A stretch of 50,051 bases of DNA from Candidatus Aminicenantes bacterium (GTDB lineage: Bacteria > Acidobacteriota > Aminicenantia > Aminicenantales > Aminicenantaceae). Positions 9,987-18,063 of this stretch are shown here, one piece after another. Both the position numbers and the translations under genes were made by a program. Where the stretch lies: assembly GCA_041686095.1 (NCBI GenBank), contig JAWLEN010000005.1, positions 1 through 50,051 on the forward strand. The letters run 5' to 3'. Position 1 is the stretch's first letter. Every line of letters begins with the position of its first letter. The notes under the pieces were generated by a model. It worked only from the letters and a program-made list of their open reading frames with translations, made no database searches and was not told the DNA's origin.

Positions 9987-10133
9987 ATGGTTACTTTTTT
10001 GTACTATATTTTAAGTGCTTATATTGCCTTTATTATTGTTTGGAACCTGGTTAAGAGCAAAAAATGGCAGGATGAACTTCTTTATATAATCATCCTCATT
10101 CCATTTATTCTGCGCATACTGCGCCTCAAATAA
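9987..10133 (+). CDS. Small 48-aa two-helix membrane protein (not in the ORF track)
   Basis: MVTFLYYILSAYIAFIIVWNLVKSKKWQDELLYIIILIPFILRILRLK*; fills the gap between permease and deacylase; purine-rich upstream. Confidence 0.75.
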   Translation: MVTFLYYILSAYIAFIIVWNLVKSKKWQDELLYIIILIPFILRILRLK

Positions 10134-10142
10134 GACTGAGAA

Positions 10143-11315
10143 ATGAAAAAAATAAAAACCCCTACCATAAGAAAATCAGTATTCATTTCGTTCGGCTTGG
10201 TGGTGATCATATCTTCTGGAATTAATTTTTATAAAAGCCGGCATATGAAAGAGCCTGTGGTGATGAGTCCAGGAGTTACCCAAGTCAAGAGATTGGGCCA
10301 GTATTTCTCCGGGATCGCAGGCACAATAAATGACTCTCATGTTTACATACTGGAAGGAGAACAGCCAGGAGGAACCATTTTGGTTTTGGGAGGAACTCAT
10401 CCTGAGGAGCCTGCCGGACGTCTTGCTGCATGGATTTTGGTTGAAAACGCCATGCTGAAAAAAGGCCGACTTCTGGTCATCTTGTCAGCCAACAAAAGCG
10501 GTTCCACGGTAACCAGGTTAGGAGGAGCTTACCCTCCTGACTACACCATCCCCACGCCTTGGGGAGAACGAAAGTTCCGAATGGGAGACCGCTGGTCTAA
10601 TCCTCTCGACCAATGGCCTGACCCAGAAGTTTACATCCATTATCCCAGTAATCAAGAGCTCGCCTATGTAGATATAAGAAATTTAAACCGCACCTTCCCG
10701 GGCCGTCCTAACGGAACACTCACTGAAAAAACCGGTTTTGCCATTACCCAACTTATCCGCAAAGAAAAAGTCGACATAGTCATTGATCTTCATGAAGCAG
10801 AACTTCAGTATCCTGTCATAAGCACTATTGTGGCTCATGAACGAGGTCAAGACCTGGCAGCCATGGCTTCTATGATGATTTCAGGCACTGAAGATTTTAA
10901 CATAGGCATGGAGAATTCGCCTCCAGAACTCCGAGGTCTTTCACATCGAGAAATAGGTGACCACACCCAAGCTGTCTCCCTTCTTCTTGAGTCCCCTGAA
11001 CCTATGCTGGACGCCTGCAGAGGGAGGACAGATAGAAAATTACTTCTTGAAGGAAAAGATGAATTTCTGGTCAAAGCCTACCAGCATGGTCTGCTGTTTG
11101 AAAAAATCGATAAGAATGGATGGCCCATTAAAAAAAGAGTAGGAAGACACACTTCCTCAATCCTTCAAATTACAGAGCTCTGGACAGCTGAACATTCTGA
11201 CAAGGAAATCATAATCAACAATGTCCCCAAATATTCCCAACTCATAAAAAATGGAGTGGGGGGCTATCTTCACAATCCAGCAGAGGCCCCCCCGGCTCGT
11301 CTGGAATGGGAATGA
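10143..11315 (+). CDS. Succinylglutamate desuccinylase/aspartoacylase (M14-like) deacylase, membrane-anchored
   Basis: N-terminal TM, GGTHPEE, RNLNRTFPG, IDLHEA, LLLES. Confidence 0.85.
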   Translation: MKKIKTPTIRKSVFISFGLVVIISSGINFYKSRHMKEPVVMSPGVTQVKRLGQYFSGIAGTINDSHVYILEGEQPGGTILVLGGTHPEEPAGRLAAWILVENAMLKKGRLLVILSANKSGSTVTRLGGAYPPDYTIPTPWGERKFRMGDRWSNPLDQWPDPEVYIHYPSNQELAYVDIRNLNRTFPGRPNGTLTEKTGFAITQLIRKEKVDIVIDLHEAELQYPVISTIVAHERGQDLAAMASMMISGTEDFNIGMENSPPELRGLSHREIGDHTQAVSLLLESPEPMLDACRGRTDRKLLLEGKDEFLVKAYQHGLLFEKIDKNGWPIKKRVGRHTSSILQITELWTAEHSDKEIIINNVPKYSQLIKNGVGGYLHNPAEAPPARLEWE

Positions 11316-12370
11316 AAACCATATAATATCATCGCAGCCATGACCGCAAAGTAGATTAAAGCTACCACTAGAAACGCCCAAGATCCCTCTTTAACATATT
11401 CATAAACAGCGCCTTTTCCTGGCTCAGGAAGCGGCACAGGATCCCAGGGAAGCCCATAAGCCTGCACAATTCCATTGATATAAAGAAGATGGACCACAGG
11501 ATATCCTTGAGCCGCCATCTCAAATACAAGCCCTCTTCTCTCCGGAGGCGGAAACCTTTTGATATTTGTTAGTCCCGGTTTTAATTTCAGGACATCTGAA
11601 TCAATTCCCAGACCCGAATAACTTCCGCCAATATTGATAAAAGCAGCGATCTCTTCCTCCCCACTATGCTGTTTGAAAATAGCTATTTTCTGCTCCACGT
11701 TCCTCTTTAAATCAGATTGATAGACAAACGTTACCCCGCTCCTTCTAATGGTCCTTAAAAGTTCAACGCGGCCTTCGGGGTCCATGCCCTCACCAAGATC
11801 GTTTTCTCCTCCTATAGAAAAAGCCACTGGTTTATAGCTGAAAATATTTTTTTCTAACAGACAATCATGCATGATTAACCAATGGAACTTTAGATCATTG
11901 GCTCCCCACTGGGAAGCACCCAGTGAACCAATAAAACCCACCTTGAGGTCCATAACATGCGCAGCAGAGAATACAGCAATGATCAAACCCGGAAATGAAC
12001 CTGATGCTTCCACAGCAATGGTATCTCCAGCTTTGACACCTGCTTCATTCATAAGCTTAACCATAAGTCCTGCAAAATTTGGATTTGCGGTGGTTCTCTT
12101 TGCTTCCAAATTTCCCACTGAAGTGGTGATAGGAGAACTTTCTTTCCCGATAATGCCTGTGCGGTTTATATCAAACTCATGATTTATCTCAATTCCATTT
12201 TCTCTCCGGCAGTTCTTAACCGCATTCATAGCGCTTTCCATCTTTTCTGAAGCTGTCAGCATAGACTCATGTAAGTCGAATTTCCCTTTATAAGGAAGAC
12301 AGAATGTGACCGCAAAAAAAAAGATGCTGATAAGAGAGGCCAGGATAATTACTTTGTGGTTTTCATTCAT
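11270..12370 (-). CDS. pgsW: Poly-gamma-glutamate system protein PgsW-like
   Basis: DINRTGIIG, ITTSVGNLEAKRTTANPNFA, SGSFPGL, SLGASQWGAN, FINIGG; follows pgsC. Confidence 0.85.
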   Translation of the reverse strand: MNENHKVIILASLISIFFFAVTFCLPYKGKFDLHESMLTASEKMESAMNAVKNCRRENGIEINHEFDINRTGIIGKESSPITTSVGNLEAKRTTANPNFAGLMVKLMNEAGVKAGDTIAVEASGSFPGLIIAVFSAAHVMDLKVGFIGSLGASQWGANDLKFHWLIMHDCLLEKNIFSYKPVAFSIGGENDLGEGMDPEGRVELLRTIRRSGVTFVYQSDLKRNVEQKIAIFKQHSGEEEIAAFINIGGSYSGLGIDSDVLKLKPGLTNIKRFPPPERRGLVFEMAAQGYPVVHLLYINGIVQAYGLPWDPVPLPEPGKGAVYEYVKEGSWAFLVVALIYFAVMAAMILYGFHSHSRRAGGASAGL

Positions 12371-12807
12371 AATCCTATCCAGCCTATCACTCTAACAAGA
12401 AAATAAGTGGCCACAGCCACGGTTATCATAGAAGCCAGAGTCAAAATCTGTTTCTGCTTTTCCATGTTGTTGGCAATGAGACCCGGAATAACCAGCCCTA
12501 TGGCTCTCAATCCAATAGGTTGGGGGAGTACTTCAGGCCAAACAAGAAACCAAATATGCGCCCACAAAGCACCCAGCAGAACCACCATGACAAACCGTCT
12601 TCTTCCAAACAGAATTAAATACCGAGACAGCAGCTTGTATGAGAAAAGAGCTAAATAAGCGATCACTATTGTTGCGGCTATCCTGCCTGGTTGATGAAGA
12701 TAAAGGGCCATATAGGCTGGGACTATAATTCCTCCCGGATAAATATCAAAGATCTCTACATAAAAAACCGCAAGCAAAAGCCCTATAAAAACAGTTTCAT
12801 AAGTCAT
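12367..12807 (-). CDS. pgsC: Poly-gamma-glutamate biosynthesis protein PgsC/CapC
   Basis: PGGIIVPAYMAL, ILFGRRRF, IGLVIPGLIAN. Confidence 0.92.
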   Translation of the reverse strand: MTYETVFIGLLLAVFYVEIFDIYPGGIIVPAYMALYLHQPGRIAATIVIAYLALFSYKLLSRYLILFGRRRFVMVVLLGALWAHIWFLVWPEVLPQPIGLRAIGLVIPGLIANNMEKQKQILTLASMITVAVATYFLVRVIGWIGL

Positions 12808-13999
12808 GGCGTATTCCTATGGTGTCCCAGTGGTCTAAAAGATCTATCCCGATTCCTTTTATATTCCCTAATCCCACCAAAACACAATTTTTCTTTTCTT
12901 TCTCTAAAATAGAAGACATTATCTTTTTGGCATTTTTATTTCTAATGGCCTCATATTCCATCTTTTCGGCGTTCTTTTCCAGTTTTCTTTTCAATAATTC
13001 AGCCTGGTCTCCAAGGAAAATTATTTTTTGGAACTCTGGAAAAAGATTATCCTTGAAAGCAGACATCCACTGGTGAGTTCTGTCTCCCCTGTCTTTCCGA
13101 ATATTGAACAATCCAATCCATCTTTTGTATTTTATGTTTTTGCTTTTTATTAATTTATCAACAACATCCCTGGTCGACTCCGGATCATTAGCTGAAAAAG
13201 CACTGACAAGATCCCATTTGCGTATGGGCAATGTGAATTCAGCTTTCCAAATTTTTAGACTCCCCACATCCGGAAGAGCTTTGATGATTCCTGAGTAGGA
13301 TGTCTCTCTTTTGATATCCAAAAAGTCACAGACATCAAGAGTAAGGCGAATATTCTGCAGAAATTCAGACTTTGGTATTTTTTTTATGACAGATTTTTCA
13401 CTGGATAAATCTAATGTTCCGACTTTGACCAGCTTAGCCTTTCTCTTGACTGCCCAATTTTTAAAAACAGGCAAACACTCCTCTTCTGGAATAAAAACAG
13501 TAGATAAATCATTTATAGATCGTGCAAAATTTTCAGCTATCTCTTGTTTTGATTTCCCGGCTTGAACCGTATGGTCCATCCTGACATTGGTGATGACCAT
13601 TATATGGGGCCGGAGCATCCGCCGGCTTTCTGCATACAAAGACTCGGGGCTGAACGACATCAACTCAACAATTAAAACTTGAACGGAATTGGAAGCTGCT
13701 TTCCGGAGAACCTTTTTTTCCTCTAAAATTGAAGTGATCCCTCGACGTCTGATAAATCTCTCCTCTCCTCCGGGAAAAATAAACACAGGCTTTGTGCCTG
13801 TGACTTTGGCCAGCACTCTGAAGCCGGCTTGATTTAAACAGGAAGCTAAAAGACGCGTGACTCCCGACTTCCCCCGAGTTCCTGTAACACAAATCCTCAA
13901 GGGTATCTTTCTGGACTTTTTATATAAGCTCTCTCTCTCAAACCACAAATACAGCAGAAAAACCAAAACTGTGGTTGATATGATAATGATTTCCCTAAT
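12797..13999 (-). CDS. pgsB: Poly-gamma-glutamate synthase PgsB/CapB
   Basis: RICVTGTRGKSGVTRL, KVTGT, ITNVRMDH, PDVG, AFSANDPEST, RKDRGDRT; start extended to in-frame ATT at 13999 (ORF track uses TTG at 13966). Confidence 0.9.
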   Translation of the reverse strand: MREIIIISTTVLVFLLYLWFERESLYKKSRKIPLRICVTGTRGKSGVTRLLASCLNQAGFRVLAKVTGTKPVFIFPGGEERFIRRRGITSILEEKKVLRKAASNSVQVLIVELMSFSPESLYAESRRMLRPHIMVITNVRMDHTVQAGKSKQEIAENFARSINDLSTVFIPEEECLPVFKNWAVKRKAKLVKVGTLDLSSEKSVIKKIPKSEFLQNIRLTLDVCDFLDIKRETSYSGIIKALPDVGSLKIWKAEFTLPIRKWDLVSAFSANDPESTRDVVDKLIKSKNIKYKRWIGLFNIRKDRGDRTHQWMSAFKDNLFPEFQKIIFLGDQAELLKRKLEKNAEKMEYEAIRNKNAKKIMSSILEKEKKNCVLVGLGNIKGIGIDLLDHWDTIGIRHDL

Positions 14000-14127
14000 T
14001 GGGCTCTCCTTCCACCAATAAAAGGCTCAATTTTTTTTATCCGATTTTTTATCTTCAGAATATGTTATTAATGAAGGTCACTATTATATCGGATAAATAA
14101 GAAAAAATTAAAATGTTTTTCAGCGGA

Positions 14128-14258
14128 GGAAGCATTTCTAAAACCGTGATACACGTGATAGATAATGTTTATTAAGGGGAGAGGGCAAGGGTTGAGGAAT
14201 CCCCTGCTCTTCCCCTTATTTGTTAAATAATCTATATCACGGTTTTAGAAATGCTTCT
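14128..14258. mobile_element. MITE-like element, copy 2 (about 131 bp, internally deleted)
   Basis: Perfect 23-bp inverted repeats GAAGCATTTCTAAAACCGTGATA / TATCACGGTTTTAGAAATGCTTC; first ~80 bp nearly identical to copy 1; no clear target duplication. Confidence 0.8.
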
Positions 14259-14266
14259 ATTCACTG

Positions 14267-14407
14267 TTATTTTCTGGACCAGTTTGGGAGCCTGTTTTCT
14301 CCCTTTGAGGTAAGTCGCCTCAGGTTGCTCCCGTCATAATCTATAGAATAAATTTGAATACTGCCTACCCGGTTGGATTAAAACACAATATGACGTCCGC
14401 CAGGAGA
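14267..14407 (-). pseudogene. Remnant of a TolB-like PD40 beta-propeller C-terminus
   Basis: Translates as SPGGRHIVF*SNRVGSIQIYSIDYDGSNLRRLTSKGENRLPNWSRK*, matching the WSPDG..IVF.S.R.G..QIY....DG...RRLT...N..P.WS pattern, with an internal stop. Confidence 0.75.
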
Positions 14408-14570
14408 TTACTTCTTTATTCTGTCCTGGATCTAAAGATGAATCAAAGAATATCCTCTCTTTTTTTGACTTGGGTTTTATCTTCTCATCAGGATTTGAAA
14501 TCACGGAAATCACTTTTTCTAGAGTTTTTCGATATCTCAAAAGATCAGAATTGATGGTTTTTGATACCGT

Positions 14571-15581
14571 TCATATCTTTTTTTCAAACTGCTTGATCAT
14601 TTCAGGGCTGGCAATAAAAATCAAAACATCTTTTTCTTTTATTTGGGTGTCAGAAGAGGGATTAAAAAGATAATCCCCTGTTTCTTCATCTCTAACAGCC
14701 ACCAAAATAGCATCTGTGTTTTCCCTGAGTTTGCATTCATCTAGGGTCTTCCCAATCGCAGGAGAATTTTTTTCCACACAGACTTCTTCAAATCTAAAAA
14801 CTCTTTTTCTGTCTTTCAACATCATATCTAGAAAAGTAACCACAGCCGGGCGGATCATTTCAGAAACCATGCGCATTCCTCCTATATAAGTGGGTGACAC
14901 CACCGCATCAGCGCCAGCTTTCTTCATCTTGCTATGGCTTTTTAAATCTACGGCTTTGCTCACGATCCTTATATCAGGATTGAGGCTGCGGGCAGTCAAG
15001 GCTACGAAAAGATTCTCTTCGTCGTTACAGAGCGACAGTATAATCCCTCTTGCCCTTTTTATTCCGGCAGAAACAAGCACCTGGTCTTCAGCAGAATCGC
15101 CTATGATGTAGAGAAAATCTCCATACAAGGAGAGTTGGTCAATCTTTTCCTGGGAAGCCTCAATGACTACAAATTCTCTTTTGGTCAATATAAGCTCCTC
15201 AACAATGGTATGGGATGTTTCATCGGCTCCACAGACAATATAATGATCTTTAAGCTTTGATATTTTCTTATCCATCTTTCTTCTCCAGAGAATATTTTTA
15301 AGTTCTCCCTCCACAATAAAAGCTGTGATCGAAGATATGGCAAAAGTAATAGTCCCCAGACTCAATAAAATAAATATCACCACAAAGACACGCGCTCCTG
15401 GATTTGCACTCAAATCAATAACTTCTTCGTAACCTACAGTGGAAATCGTTATCACAGTCATATAGAAGCTGTCCAGTAAAGACCATTCTTCACCACCAAA
15501 AAATTTAAATCCAATAACTCCACCGATAAACACTAAAAAGAAAATAAGAACAGATAAAAATATTCTTTTTCTGCTGTTCAT
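14571..15581 (-). CDS. 2TM potassium channel with RCK (TrkA_N/TrkA_C) domains
   Basis: WSLLDSFYMTVITISTVGYEEV pore, HYIVCG, GDSAEDQVL, AGADAVVSP, TrkA_C tail. Confidence 0.9.
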   Translation of the reverse strand: MNSRKRIFLSVLIFFLVFIGGVIGFKFFGGEEWSLLDSFYMTVITISTVGYEEVIDLSANPGARVFVVIFILLSLGTITFAISSITAFIVEGELKNILWRRKMDKKISKLKDHYIVCGADETSHTIVEELILTKREFVVIEASQEKIDQLSLYGDFLYIIGDSAEDQVLVSAGIKRARGIILSLCNDEENLFVALTARSLNPDIRIVSKAVDLKSHSKMKKAGADAVVSPTYIGGMRMVSEMIRPAVVTFLDMMLKDRKRVFRFEEVCVEKNSPAIGKTLDECKLRENTDAILVAVRDEETGDYLFNPSSDTQIKEKDVLIFIASPEMIKQFEKKI

Positions 15582-15585
15582 GATT

Positions 15586-17211
15586 CTATTTCCTTAATCC
15601 TAAGGATGTCATAAAATCTTTCATTCTTTTCAATAATGATTTTCTATTGCAGCTGTCCCTTATATCCTTTTCTGATAACTCTATGATCTTTCTGAGAAAA
15701 TTTTGGTTCTTTTTATTCCTTGCACTCACTATGTCTGCTATGATTTCATTTAACTCCGGATTTTGGGATAATAAAAGGGCGAAGTCCTCAGCTTTGATCT
15801 CCAGCAGCACAGTTTCCTGTTCAATAACACCGGTGGCAGTCCTGGGCATTCCAGTAAAAAGGGACATCTCTCCAAATATGTCCCCTGGATTTATATAAAA
15901 TTCCGACTCATACTTCTTCCCTTTTTCTTCACAAGTCACAATTCCCTTGATCCTTCCTGACACCACGACGTAGCAGCTTTCTCCTTTATCCCCCTGTTTG
16001 AATAAGATTTCCCCTGGAGAATAGGTCTGCTTTCTCACTAAAGAGGCTAATTTTTTTATTTCATCTTCAGATAAAATCATCTTTCCAGCTTGTTCTCCCT
16101 CTTGATATCTTAAAAAAGAAGAATGAATCAAGGATTGAAATATACTCTCTTCTTTTTGTTGTTGTTCTGGAATCTCTTCTCTTTTTGCTTGGGCTAGATA
16201 TTTGAAAACATGCTGGACTTTATCGCTCAATGGAACTGGGATTTCGATCCCGGCTCTTCGAAATTTATACCATATTAACCTTCCTACTTTCCCCAACACA
16301 TGATACTTTTTACTAAAATCAGTTATCCAAAACTTCAAGACATAAGAGATGCCAAAATCTTCATAGCCTTTTACAAAAACCTCGGGGGATGGATCACGGG
16401 TAACTTCAGGCATATCTAAAGCAGCTTTCTTGAGCGCTTCCATAACGGCCATAGAAGGAGATCCATAACTTACTTTTACGGGCACAGTCAGCGCAGTCCT
16501 GCTGTCAGGGCGAGAATAATTGACAAGAACCTCAGAAGCGATTGAATTATTGGGAATAACCACAATATTGGAATAAAAATCTTTTATCCTTGTTTCTCTC
16601 CAGTTGGTATCAATGACCAGCCCTTCTTTATCTCCGCTTTTTATCCAATCTCCCTTGCTGAAAGATTTGGAAAAGTGTATAGACATTCCAGAAATGATAT
16701 TCCCCAGCAGCTCCTGAAGGGCTAATCCTAAAATCATAGTGAGGATAGCAGAAGTCGCCAGAAGCGGAGTTACGTCAACACCAGCCACTCCTTTTAAAAC
16801 TATGAATAAAACCACTAAATAAAGGACAAAAAGTAAAAAACGGTGGAGCACCCGGGGGAGGGGAAAAGTTTTTTTTCGGTTCACATAACTTGTCACCCAT
16901 GATGCATCAATCAATCTGATCACTAAGAAAAAGAAGAAAAACAGTACGGCTGTATCCAAATATTTTTTAAAATCAGGATTTAATTGAAGAATTTGAATCA
17001 AATTGATTGTTCTGACAAATAAAACCGCAGTGAGAAACGCTAAGGGAAAAATGATTTTAGAAAAAAATATTCCTGACTTTTTCCCTTTTAACTGAAAAGT
17101 TTTTTTATCTATATACCGGAAAAGAAGGTAAAGAATAAGTCCTAAACAAAAAGTTAATAAAACCAGGAATGCCTCTACAATGCCGCTTCCTATTAAATCC
17201 TGTTGTGACAT
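15586..17211 (-). CDS. MscS-family mechanosensitive channel with C-terminal cNMP-binding domain
   Basis: ILGLALQELLGNIISG, FSKGDWI, WRETRI, VIPNN; FKQGDKGESCYVVVSG...FGEMSL...PRTAT. Confidence 0.92.
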   Translation of the reverse strand: MSQQDLIGSGIVEAFLVLLTFCLGLILYLLFRYIDKKTFQLKGKKSGIFFSKIIFPLAFLTAVLFVRTINLIQILQLNPDFKKYLDTAVLFFFFFLVIRLIDASWVTSYVNRKKTFPLPRVLHRFLLFVLYLVVLFIVLKGVAGVDVTPLLATSAILTMILGLALQELLGNIISGMSIHFSKSFSKGDWIKSGDKEGLVIDTNWRETRIKDFYSNIVVIPNNSIASEVLVNYSRPDSRTALTVPVKVSYGSPSMAVMEALKKAALDMPEVTRDPSPEVFVKGYEDFGISYVLKFWITDFSKKYHVLGKVGRLIWYKFRRAGIEIPVPLSDKVQHVFKYLAQAKREEIPEQQQKEESIFQSLIHSSFLRYQEGEQAGKMILSEDEIKKLASLVRKQTYSPGEILFKQGDKGESCYVVVSGRIKGIVTCEEKGKKYESEFYINPGDIFGEMSLFTGMPRTATGVIEQETVLLEIKAEDFALLLSQNPELNEIIADIVSARNKKNQNFLRKIIELSEKDIRDSCNRKSLLKRMKDFMTSLGLRK

Positions 17212-17231
17212 GTTTTTTAAATCTTATTAAT

Positions 17232-18050
17232 TTACAGTCTTATGGTTAATCCTTCCTTAGCACCATATGTTTCTCGGAATTTCTTCTGAGCATTGTTTAT
17301 TATCATACCAATCTTTTCATCCGAATGAGAAGGATTAAAATGAGAAAGATACAATTTTTTCACACCAGCCTGTTCAGCGACTCGCGTACCCTCCAGCCAC
17401 GTGCTGTGACCCCATCCTCTTTTGCCCTGACTGTATTCTTCGGGGGTGAAGGTTGAATCATAAACAAAAATATCTGCTTTCTTGGCAAACGCAACCAAAG
17501 GCCTATCCACTCCTTTTTCAGGATGTTCGGTATCTGTGGCAAAAACCGCGCTTTTTCCTTTTTCATGAAATCTGTAGGCTAATGAACCTTGAGGATGGTG
17601 GAGCGGAACATGAGAAATTCGGATATCCCCAATATTGAAATCTCCTGAGGGAACCTGTTTAAAATTTTTTTTAGATTCAGTTTCATTGAAATCAACTGGA
17701 AAAAATCTTCCTCCCATTACCATCCTCAATGTTTTTTGGGTCTCCTCTGGTCTCAAGGCAGAATAAAATGTTATCTCAACATTTTTAGAAAAAAGAGGAG
17801 CAAAAAATAGAATCCCCAAAGTATGATCTATATGAAAATGAGTCAAAATAAGATGAATATGAAATTTTATCTTGCTTTTTTCTTTCGTCAGCCTCTCCCC
17901 CAAGGGAATGATCCCTGTTCCAGCATCAAGAATAATGAGGTTCTCTTCTGACGAAATAATTGAAGCGCATGGAGTATGGCCTCCATATTCAACCATATTT
18001 TTCCCGCACACAGGTGCAGAGCCCCTGACTCCCCAAAAAGTAATTTCCAT
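17232..18050 (-). CDS. MBL-fold metallohydrolase, putative cyclic-nucleotide phosphodiesterase
   Basis: FWGVRGS, YGGHTPC, LDAGTG, THFHIDH, HPQG, TDTEH, GWGHS, SHFNP. Confidence 0.85.
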   Translation of the reverse strand: MEITFWGVRGSAPVCGKNMVEYGGHTPCASIISSEENLIILDAGTGIIPLGERLTKEKSKIKFHIHLILTHFHIDHTLGILFFAPLFSKNVEITFYSALRPEETQKTLRMVMGGRFFPVDFNETESKKNFKQVPSGDFNIGDIRISHVPLHHPQGSLAYRFHEKGKSAVFATDTEHPEKGVDRPLVAFAKKADIFVYDSTFTPEEYSQGKRGWGHSTWLEGTRVAEQAGVKKLYLSHFNPSHSDEKIGMIINNAQKKFRETYGAKEGLTIRL

Positions 18051-18063
18051 TAGTGCTTTTCCT

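Noticed and set aside
14334-14540. 68-aa minus-strand ORF
   Set aside because: The recognisable TolB-like signal is in a different frame; this ORF has no SD or motif
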